DNA of 62,342 bases, filler included, from Hausera hauseri (Eukaryota), in NCBI GenBank assembly GCA_046269625.1. It is 11 parts of 11 records of this genome, joined end to end, with 100 filler letters (N's around TTAATTAATTAA, not from the genome) between each part and the next. Parts side by side here need not be neighbours in the genome. Positions count along the whole stretch, not along the records: positions 12,703 to 16,903 come from JBJURY010704327.1; positions 17,004 to 25,418 come from JBJURY010649885.1; 9 more parts are not named here. One strand, written 5' to 3'. The notes below the pieces were generated by a model. The model was not told the origin of the DNA. It made no database searches and saw only the letters and a list, made by a program, of their open reading frames with translations. Shown one piece after another: positions 13,204 to 22,480 of this stretch. Numbering within the stretch: the first letter of the stretch is position 1; each line of letters starts with the position of its first letter. The position numbers and the translations under genes were made by a program.

Positions 13204-13473
13204 AGTAGTGTAGTGGGGGAACGGTTAGCATTTCAGGGGGTGTATCAGGGGGTGCGAAATGACTCAAAGAACAAAATACTGTAGGGGGTGCTAGAGGGTG
13301 ATAAATGACTCAAAGAGCAAAATACGGCAGGTGGTGCTAGGTCGGGGTAAGGGGGAGACTACTCTTTTTGGAAAATGTTTTAGGGGCAGACAACTCTTGT
13401 ATATTTTTAATTAGGTAATTAAAGGTAAGGGAGGGGTAAGGGGAGATAACCCGTTATCCCCCACTACACTACT
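13204..13473. mobile_element. 270-bp inverted-repeat mini-element with AGTAGT...ACTACT ends
   Basis: AGTAGTGTAGTGGGGGA at the left and TCCCCCACTACACTACT at the right form a perfect 17-bp inverted repeat. It contains an internal direct repeat (aaatgactcaaaga..aaaatac). Confidence 0.65.
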
Positions 13474-13539
13474 AATTGGAGGTGCATAATTACGTGAGTT
13501 CTTGATTGTTTTTTCTTGTATGAAAGTGTGTCAATTCTT

Positions 13540-14210
13540 GTCTACAAATCATCATCATCATCATGTGCCGTTGGTCGACGGTTCGGACTTGTAGTGTTGT
13601 ATGGGTAGTTGTATAGGGGAAATGTTGCTTTTTTAGTGTCTTGTCTCTTGTTGTGTGGTTCTATCAGTCAGAATCATCATTGCTTGTCTACAAATCAACA
13701 TCATCATCGTATGCCGTTGGTAAATGGTTCTGTACATTTAGTGTTGTGTGGATAGTTGTATAGGTGAAATTTTGCTTTTTAGTGTCTTGTCCCTTGTTGT
13801 GTTGTTCTGTCAGTCAACATCATCATTGCTTGTCTACAAATCAACATCATCATCGTGTGCCGTTGGTCGGAAGTTTGCTGGTTTGTAGGTAATGTTGGTT
13901 ATTTTGTGTCTTGTTGTTCATGTATCTTGGTAAAGTTGTAATGATAGGGAAATTTGGTGTTGGGGAACCGGTTTTATTAGTAATCATCATCATCAGCATG
14001 TGCCGATGGTTGACGGTTCGGACTTGTAGTGTTGTATGGATAGTTGTATAGGGAAATGTTTTGTGTCTTGTTGTTCATGTATCTTGGTAAAGTTGTAGTG
14101 ACAGATGTATTGGGGAAATGTCGTTTGTCAGTCAACACTCTCGTGTGTCGTGGTAAAGTTGTAGTGACAGTTGTATTCGGGAAATGTTGCTTGTTATTAA
14201 TCATCATCGC
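13540..14210. repeat. Degenerate tandem repeat, unit about 145 bp
   Basis: aatca(a/t)catcatcat..tgccg(t/a)tggt recurs at about 13547, 13692, 13838 and 13982. Confidence 0.8.
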
Positions 14211-15019
14211 GTGTTAGCTGGAAACTTAATGTTCGCCGACAACGACCATGTCTTCGACCGCGTCTGCGGACGACACCGAGGAACGATAAGAGGTTTGGCT
14301 GATTTCTTTAGGTTACGACCGTCGTTAATGGACTTTGACAAGGTTTCTACAAGCAAACTTGTCGGGTTAATGGACAAGGAACGACTTTTTGCCGTAAACA
14401 AACCGTACTTCATGTCCGTATAAGACATATTTGTGTCGTTAACAAACGACCTTCGTGTCCGTATGTTGTCCTTATAGTGCGGCCGTCGTACCCGTAAAAT
14501 GTAAAAGTTATCCCTTTAACAACAGGCATCGTGGCCGTACAGTGCAAAAGCCTTGCCGTTTCACTATATACTTGTATACATAAACAGCGGACTTCGTGGA
14601 CGTACAGTGAAAACTTAGTCTGATAACAACGGGCGACGCGTCCGTATAGTGCAAAAGCCGTGTCCGTATTGTGGAAACTTTAGCTCGTTAAGAAACGGGT
14701 GTGTAATTTTGGATGTCGTTAACGACTGGTCTTTGTCATGGCAAAGGTCACTGACAAAGGTCACAAGGCAAACAGGTCAAATCTGCAACTCATCGGGCGG
14801 ACTTGTCGCTAACGATTGGTCGTTGTCATAACAAAGGTCACTGACAAAGGTCGCGATTGGTCGTTGTCGAAAATCACGTCTTTTCCTCGTGGTTGCTGAT
14901 ACGGGTCACTGACAAAGGTTAAAGGTCATCGGTCACGTGTGTAAACGCGTCGTATACAAAACGCTGACTCGGCCTTGTCTGTAAACGCTGTTGCTTACGA
15001 AATAAGTTACAAACAAGTG

Positions 15020-15330
15020 ACAAGGTTAGTAAAAGTTAGTGTTGTTAAGACCAAAATGTTAAGAATTTATGTTTAGTGTTTATATTCAACAATGTTAGTG
15101 AAAAGTTAGTGTTCTTGAAAAAAAAAGAATTTATATTTAATATTTATATTCCACAATGTTAGTAAAAAATGTATCCTGTTAAGAAAAAAATAATTTATGT
15201 TTAATGTTTATATTTCAACAATGTTAGTGAAAATTAATACTGTTAAGAAAAAACGAATTTATGTTTAGTGTTTTGTATTCAACAATGTTAGTGAAAAGTT
15301 AAGAAAAAAATAATTTATTCCTTAGTGTTA
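15020..15330. repeat. AT-rich minisatellite, unit about 63 bp, about 5 copies
   Basis: acaatgttagt(g)aaaa...ttaagaaaaaa..aatttatgttt(a)gtgtt recurs. Confidence 0.85.
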
Positions 15331-15355
15331 ATGGTTATTTTTGTATATTCCACAG

Positions 15356-16100
15356 ATGCCTTCGCACAAACACAGCTGTGGTGAATGCGACAAAAGCTTC
15401 ACAAGGGCTACAACTATGCGTCGTCATAAAGAAAATGTACACGCGAAAATACTTCACTCGTGTCAAATTTGTGGCCAAATGTATAGGCGATCAGACAAAT
15501 TGCAGGTTCATATGAAAAAAGAGCATACATCCATCGAGAATCCCTCTGAGGAAAACACCACTAGTTCGATTGAGCCTAAACTAGATGATGAGCAAAAAAC
15601 CTCGGCTGATTCTAAGCAGCAGAAAGATTCTAATCAGCAGCAAGATGAAGCTGACACTTTAGTTTCTCTACCAGGAGACATCTACAAATTATACAAAGAA
15701 AACTGGGATTCAATAAAAACACATAGTAACATTGACAAGTACATTTCCACTTTCACATATTTCCATAGACCAGATGCAGATCACCGTTTGGATTGGCGTG
15801 GTCTTTTAGACGCTATTTTCAAAAGTCAAACAAATAGGTTCAAGATAAACTACAGCCACCACTTTATGCTCAGACATCACTTAACAGGGGGACTTAGATT
15901 TTATCATGCGTCATCAAACAACGCAACTGTACTAGATACACCTACATTCATCAATAACAGACAGGACTGAAGATTTCTTTAGGACATTAGAACAAGACGA
16001 TCCACTTAGTTTTGCACACCAATACTAAATACAGCATGGAAGTCATTCCGTCATCCAGTTTTAATATTTACCATTTGAATGAGTTTCCTATAGGTTAACA
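15356..16100 (+). pseudogene. Two C2H2 zinc fingers plus the N-terminal domain found in Polinton-type PolB proteins, truncated
   Basis: CGECDKSF...HKENVH and CQICGQMY...HMKKEH, then FKINYSHHFMLRH..TG.LRFYHASSNN..VLDTP.FINN, followed by stops and frameshifts. Confidence 0.7.
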
Positions 16101-16249
16101 TATTGTATACTTTCTCGACTAAAGTTGTAATACAACATGTAGTATTTTCAATATGTGTAATGTTCTTATGTGAATATAATGTGTGTGTTGTTACAATTAG
16201 GCCAACTACGCGTTATCTATTCGAGTACACTTCAGCGGCCATCTGTCTT

Positions 16250-16903
16250 TCGACTTTGCACTTTGATGTCACATGATCCCACTTCCTGTTCTGCCCTTTC
16301 CACTTGACTTTGCCCACATGGACCATTCAGTCGCCATCTTGATTTCACTTGACTTTACCCTCTGAGTTCACCTTCTGCTGTCACATGACCTCACTTCCCA
16401 TTTCACCATCTTCTGCTTGACTTTGCCCACGTGGACCATTCAGTCACCATCTTGACTTCATCTTCTGCTGTCACATGACTCCCATTCCACACTCTTCCGC
16501 CTGCCTTTGATCACAAAAATGTGCCCCGACCTGTCCCTAAACATGAAGAAACCACCCTAAACGACACCCGCACACTTGAGAAACCTGCCTGTAATAGAAA
16601 ATATCGCCCCTTACTTGTCACTAAACACGAAAAAGCCGACCTAAACCACGCCCGCCCACTTGGGAAATGCAACCAAAACAGAAAATATCCCCCTTCCATG
16701 CCTTGACTCACTCACAACGACACACACAAGCGCGAGGAAATCGACCAAAACCACCGTGAGCACTCTAAGAAGCGCGACTTTAACAGAAAATATTCCCCGT
16801 CCATGTCCCGACTCACTCCCAAAGACATGTTCGAGCGCGATGAAGCCGACCTAAACCACCGACAATCCACTTGAGAAACGCGACCATAACAGAAAATATC
16901 CCC
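16250..16903. repeat. Two arrays of degenerate tandem repeats (tcacatgac/ttgactttgcccac units; acagaaaatatcccc units)
   Basis: Units recur at 16250-16510 and 16510-16903; they may be subterminal repeats of the Polinton-like element. Confidence 0.7.
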
Positions 16904-17003
16904 NNNNNNNNNNNNNNNNNNNNNNNNNNNNNNNNNNNNNNNNNNNNTTAATTAATTAANNNNNNNNNNNNNNNNNNNNNNNNNNNNNNNNNNNNNNNNN
17001 NNN

Positions 17004-17601
17004 AGCTTCCAGTGTTACTTTGTGGCTAAGAATGCTCTTCGCCAGTTGTTCAATTTTGTTGAAGTAGGCGTCCGGTTCTGCCCCCTCCTTATTCTGTAAT
17101 TCAAGGCTTCATGCATATCTCCGCACAGCGTTGTGGGTTTTGAAAATGCTTTTCTGAACCGGTTTTGGTATCCTTTCACCTTCTGGTTCACCAGATTGTA
17201 TTTTTCCTGTACATCATCCGCCATCACGCACAGGACCGCAGTTTCTCTGTCCGTCTCCAACATCTTTATGAAGTCGAAGTATCTCGCATTTTCCAATAAG
17301 GGTTTCCACGTTGTCACCTTTCTGGAATTCTATCGGCATCAATTTCTTGAAGGAGTCCCTTGAAGTGTTAATCGCCATGTTAGTAGATCGCATCTCTACC
17401 ATCCCGACCTCAACATCATTTGATGGTTGTACGATTGAATTATCCATAAGATATTTATAAAAGTTTTATATAACAATTATCTTCACTCATTAAATGAGTC
17501 TTATTTTCCTCCTTTCCTGAATTTCCTGACTTTCAATTGGTTGTTTATTGAATTAACTTTGAATTGAATTTAAACATTAATATCCGTTTAAATTCCTCAC
17601 A
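17004..17601 (-). mobile_element. Gypsy 5' end: LTR 17378-17601, primer-binding site (PBS) TGGCGA.., and gag start
   Basis: TG..CA bounded LTR homologous to 54442-54671. Gag GYQNRFRKAFSKPTTLC is homologous to GYQNRLRKTFARSSTLC in ORF 28144-28740. Confidence 0.85.
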
Positions 17602-17807
17602 CCGTCTGTACACCTTGTTGCGTATTTTGCGTAGGTTAATATTTTTTTTACTGTTTGGAATTAAATTTAAACTATCGTCTGATTTATGTCTGTCAATATT
17701 CGTTCTAGATTCAATAGTATGTAGTTATAATACTGAAGGTTTCTGATCGCTAATGTGTCGTTACTTTTGACTAAAGTCAAAGTCTAGGAAGTACAAACTG
17801 GTCCTGT

Positions 17808-18029
17808 TAGGGTCGCCAAATGTTAGTAGTTGAAGGTGGGCCCTATTCAACGCCCAACTATAACAACAAATGAAACTCGAATTGAACAAGAATTTATAAG
17901 CAGGTAAGTCCTAACGTTCTCGTTAGAATGTTTGTACTATTTTATGATGCGTGTACTGCTTCCGGTGCTTTGCGTAGTATAGAAAATTCTCGACTTAACT
18001 ATGAAGTTTAAGACAATTTTAATCTTTAA
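17808..18029 (-). mobile_element. Partial LTR and PBS (TTTGGCGACCC) of a further nested element
   Basis: gggtcgccaaa|tgttagtag junction at 17820/17821. Confidence 0.55.
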
Positions 18030-18666
18030 TGTGGTACAAGTCTCTCTTAAGGAGCGATAAAAAACTATAAGATTTTGAAATTCAAAATTTATTAACAACA
18101 ACTAAGAATACTTACGACAATCGTAGAAATCGCCAGTCGATAAGAATAATACGGAAAATCAAATATCGGTTCGGTTTCTCCACGGAAACTTCTTTCTGAC
18201 AATCAGTTCACTAGTTCTGGTTACTTCTTTGAATTTCTCGATTTCTCTAAGTCTTTATTCTCGAAGTCTTTCTTAACTCTGGATTCTTTGATTTTGATTC
18301 TGATTCTTTTGTTCTTTCTTATTGTCTTCTTCCTATTCTGTTACCTTCGTCGTATTCTGATTCTCTTCTGTCAATTCGATCGTTTTATATACTTTTACGA
18401 TCAGCGATTTTTGTGGAAGTTGTGTGTTTCAATCTGATTTGTAATTAAATAATTTCATATTCGCACATTTTCTTCGTTGCGTACATAATTACATATGCTA
18501 AGTAATTATTAGGTAATCGCTGGTTAAGAATTCTAAATGCTAATTATCATTTTCAATTTCACTTTCGGTTTCGTTTTTCAATTTCGCTTTATTTACATAT
18601 GGATAATTTACTGTTTACAGCTTTTGTACAACATTTCCTACTCTTTCTACAACATTTCTCCTCCCT
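18030..18666 (-). mobile_element. Polypurine tract and 3' LTR of the complex Gypsy element
   Basis: Minus strand AGGGAGGAGAAA|TGTTGTAG at 18666-18647 and AATAAA at about 18090. The distal boundary is approximate. Confidence 0.7.
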
Positions 18667-18676
18667 GAACGGCACT

Positions 18677-19080
18677 CTAGGATGTGCTTATTGAGTCAGA
18701 AGAGGTGTCGCGTAAACGGTTCGTTCGTCCACATAAGTCCGTTTCCGAATCCGATTTTCGGGGTGATTGTGGATCAAAGCGGTATGATGTAGCGGCCTTT
18801 TGGGGAAATATTTCCACTATCCTTTTACTTTCTCCATTAGAAAAATATCTCAATCTTGTAGCTTCGGTCCTACATACTGGGGAAGTCGTTTCACAATTTT
18901 CAGGATCCACGTTTCTAAGCAGTAACGGCAGTATTTATGGGTGCAATCTTTGTTATCCAGTACCATAAATCCTTGGTAGAGATTTGCGTCGCAAACAGGA
19001 CATTCTTCCTTTTCTCCTCCGTCAATGTCTACGAGGTTCGTTCGAATATGAGTCCCTTTTATCTTGGTATAGACATCCAT
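18677..19080 (-). pseudogene. RING-HC finger protein carried by the Gypsy element, frameshifted
   Basis: CPVC-x15-CTHKYCRYC, with PVCR continuing in the adjacent frame. Confidence 0.8.
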
Positions 19081-19156
19081 ATAGCCGTTTTTTGGGGTCT
19101 AAAAAACTTTTCTTAGGGTCATCTGACACGGTGACCAACGTCCATTCAACGATTTC

Positions 19157-20788
19157 TTATTTATCTAAGTCGTGTATTCCGGTTTTCTTGTTCTGCCTTT
19201 TAAGTTGTACTCGGACTTGGGTATCTACTGGAATGGTTAATCTATTGGTACCATTTTTCGACTGGAATATTATGGCTAAGTATCGGCCAATGGTTACATC
19301 CTCTCGGGCATATCCGTTTCCACTTACGATTCTTCTAGGAACGGTGGAGACATAAAACATGGCTTCTTTAATTTTTCCTCTGCTATAATACTCGGCCATA
19401 ACAAGCATTTGGGCGTATTCTTTAATCTGACCGAACTCGGTTACCATGATAGAGGCTGGTTCTTCCCAATTTCTTCGCAGAACGTTTACTTCCGTTCTAG
19501 TTGATCCGCAACTGAGCGTTTCCGTTCCTCGTCCGGTGATTTTTCCGGGTTTGGGCGTTTTCAGTTTGTCTTTGGATTCTATTATTTCTTCTTGGGCCGT
19601 CGGCATTAGGCTGCTAGTGGACGGTTCTATCCCTTCAGCACAGTTTTTATTTGTCTTGGTTTTCTTCTTGCTGATATACTCAAAGAAAGAGGGTTTCATC
19701 TTTTGTCGTCTTCGTAATTCTTCAGCTGGTCTGTACTTGGTTTGGACTCGATCGATTGAGGATTGGCTGTACTTATTTGATCCTTCTGGTTTGAATGGTT
19801 TGGCTGGACTGTTCTGAACGGTTATTCGGAAATTATTATGCCCTTGGGGTTCAATCTCTCTGGATATCGGGTATTCACTAAACCCGTTACGAAATTTCTG
19901 CATTAAGATTTTTGGATTATTGTCAGAGATTACATTCTGTGTAGGGTTTCTGGGTTTCCACCCGTGTTCCCATCGCAGCGATATGTAAATATCTCTTATT
20001 AGTTCCGTGCGTTGGCTTGCCGTCATCAATTTAGGAAATCTAAATTGTTCGCCATTCATGGCTTCAAGCATCATCTTAAACTGTGATTCTCGTGACGCTG
20101 AGGGAAGTAGACATCCTCTTTTCCTCATTAGGGTGTTTCTCACGCGGGTTACAACCGCCGGGTTACGACTTAGTTCACGAATTCCAGCTATGTACTCTTG
20201 TCTAATCCCTAGCCTTTCTAACATTTCGTGTTCTCTAAATCCGGTTATAACGAATCCATACAAGAAATGGTTTATATCTTCTTGGATTTCTAGGAAATCT
20301 TTGCCTTTCTCAAGTTGTAGTTTCGTAATTCCGGTAACGTCAGGAAATGTATCTTTTACTTTAATTCTAGGTGCGATTATTTTGTTTATAATTTCTTTTC
20401 CGTGTATACTTCGGATAGAGACTTCGATTGGGGTGTACCATCGGTCATCCTTCTCTACATAGTTTACGGCTAAAATTCGAGAATTTCGGCCGTCCGGAAC
20501 TAGTCTGAACGATTCTCCATTTTGTTCTATCTCATCTTCCGAGGGTTTCTGTATACATAGTATAGCTGGTAGTGGTCTCATAACTTCGGTCCGTAAGGTT
20601 AATTCAAACATAAGCTTGGTTGGAAGCTCGGCAATTCTGAACTCCAAAGCATAATCCATGAGACTATAGCAACATAACTCGTAGGTGCTAAATTTCCACT
20701 GTTGTCCTCTTTGTGTGCTCCTGCATTGGACTTCTCCGTCAGCGACATGTATGTACAATTGCTGATGCGTCGGTTCATATAGGATCAT
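19157..20788 (-). CDS. 543-aa accessory ORF with a degenerate DEDDh (REX4/ISG20-like) exonuclease domain
   Basis: IEVSIRSIHGKEIINKIIAP...VKD.FPDVTGITKLQLEKGKDFLEIQEDINHFLYGFVITGF resembles the REX4-family pattern RVSIV...G....D.YV.P...V.DY.T.VSGI....L.....F..VQ.....LL.G.ILVGH. Catalytic acidic residues are not clearly retained. Confidence 0.65.
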   Translation of the reverse strand: MILYEPTHQQLYIHVADGEVQCRSTQRGQQWKFSTYELCCYSLMDYALEFRIAELPTKLMFELTLRTEVMRPLPAILCIQKPSEDEIEQNGESFRLVPDGRNSRILAVNYVEKDDRWYTPIEVSIRSIHGKEIINKIIAPRIKVKDTFPDVTGITKLQLEKGKDFLEIQEDINHFLYGFVITGFREHEMLERLGIRQEYIAGIRELSRNPAVVTRVRNTLMRKRGCLLPSASRESQFKMMLEAMNGEQFRFPKLMTASQRTELIRDIYISLRWEHGWKPRNPTQNVISDNNPKILMQKFRNGFSEYPISREIEPQGHNNFRITVQNSPAKPFKPEGSNKYSQSSIDRVQTKYRPAEELRRRQKMKPSFFEYISKKKTKTNKNCAEGIEPSTSSLMPTAQEEIIESKDKLKTPKPGKITGRGTETLSCGSTRTEVNVLRRNWEEPASIMVTEFGQIKEYAQMLVMAEYYSRGKIKEAMFYVSTVPRRIVSGNGYAREDVTIGRYLAIIFQSKNGTNRLTIPVDTQVRVQLKRQNKKTGIHDLDK

Positions 20789-21050
20789 ATCTTTCAGAAG
20801 GTATGCTCATGCATCCTTTGTATCCCGCATCAAGTATAATCGGATTAGTCGATTTTCCTCTAAGCCCCATTTCAATCCATAGTATTTTGCTTTCTTGATC
20901 GATTTCTACATAAATTCTGTTTTTAAGACTTTCTCCAATCTGGCGATATAGACTCTTCAAGGTTGGTTTGAGCACGGTTACATGTTGCTGTAGGAATTCG
21001 TCGATGTCGTATCTGGGATTTTGTACTGAATTCTTCGCCTTTTCGGCCAT
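20775..21050 (-). CDS. Small accessory ORF, possibly the frameshifted N-terminus of the 543-aa ORF
   Basis: The ATG at 21050 is preceded by a splice-acceptor-like tract, and the ORF overlaps the next one by 14 nt. Confidence 0.5.
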   Translation of the reverse strand: MAEKAKNSVQNPRYDIDEFLQQHVTVLKPTLKSLYRQIGESLKNRIYVEIDQESKILWIEMGLRGKSTNPIILDAGYKGCMSIPSERYDPI

Positions 21051-21153
21051 ATTTACTCTACTAAAATAAAAAAAGGTCAATCCTAAGACAGATCATCGTT
21101 TTGAACCAAGATATTTCCTCTGTCTGATGATAGGATAACGCGGTCTGTAACTG

Positions 21154-22480
21154 TCAGGTTATACTATCATAAAGCCCGTCTCGGTACCCTTTTTCCTGTT
21201 TATCCCTCCTTTGATTTTTACGCTGTTTATTACAGTTTTTGGAAACTAAGAAAATCGTCACTGTTAATATGACAAGAAGGAAAGTTGACAAACCGAATAT
21301 AGTTATTATCGGTAAACTATTTGCCTCATTAAGCCCTTTTGTGGCAAGAACATTGCGGGTACTAAGATCTTTATATCGCGTTGCTCTTGATTCGTCATTA
21401 CGAGTCCGCACCGTGAAAGTTTTAGGTCTTCGACCCTTGGCAGTAATTCGGATCACATAATCGTGTTGCGGCAGCAAAGATTTACATTCGATTTCTCGAC
21501 TGTTTTTTAAAATTACGATATGATTAGTGTGTAAAGTTCGGCATTCAATTTTAACTTTGTTGTCTATCAATTCTTCTGTATAAAACAGAATTTTATTATT
21601 TTGCGCCAATACCTTAATTGGTATACTCCCCAATTCTTTCTCGGGTATTTCACTCGAAGTGATCATCGCAGTGGAATTACTCGTACGCGGAACAGTAGAC
21701 ACTTTTCTCGTAGTTGTTGGAAGCGGAAGTTTCCATATTCCGACCTTTGGGCGATATCCTCTCAAATATGTACTTGGTTCGTTTGGGTAAGTATTATACA
21801 GATCAAGTTGCAATTGATAATCGTGTTCTAACGGCAGTCTACAGCACGTAGTAGATCAGCGTCGTGCAATATAAGAATACTCTATGGACGGGGTTGAAAA
21901 GTTTAATGGTATGAACCAAATGGAGATTTGCCTATCTCCTGGTAATTCTATTTTAGTATTAATTCGAATACACTAGTTCTGGAAGTCCTTTTCCATCTCA
22001 ATAATGTTAAAATCTAGTGGTCTCCTAAATGGACCGGTATTCCGAATTTTTTCGTTTGTCTTGGCTTTGTTCGCATCGCCTGGTTCGGGCATTTTTATTT
22101 CAAATTTGGTAATTATGTAGGCCTGGGCTCCGTGCAGGTTATAATAGAACATTTGAAGTTTATATTTATATGTTTGATGGAAATCTTAGTTGCAATATTT
22201 CTGATAGGTTCCATACGGAAAATCACACGTCTTCATTTCGACACCAATCCTATTCATAAATATTATTTGAAACTTTACGCAGTTCTTAACCAATTCGCTT
22301 GCCTTGAACCAGGCACAGGGTTTGCTCCAATCCATATTGTATACTCCAAGTGACTGCAAGTTTTGCATATCCTTTCGTCTTTCTGCATATTGCCGTTTCT
22401 CGGTCAGGGTTATTGATCTTACGTTTGGCATATATGAGGCGATTAATGACAAGGCAAGAACTATTTGTACATATGATATC
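21154..22480 (-). pseudogene. Type I membrane protein with FN3-like repeats, in frame with the integrase tail
   Basis: Signal-like YVQIVLALSLIASY, a single frame with 3 stops, FN3-like LPLEHDYQLQL and LLPQHDYVIRITA, TM IITIFGLSTFLLVILTVTIFLV, and a basic tail ending GLYDSIT. Confidence 0.65.

Noticed and set aside
15020-15330. Repeat arrays as possible CRISPR (also 13540-14210 and 16250-16903)
   Set aside because: The units are degenerate tandem copies without unique spacers, there are no cas genes, and the context is eukaryotic.
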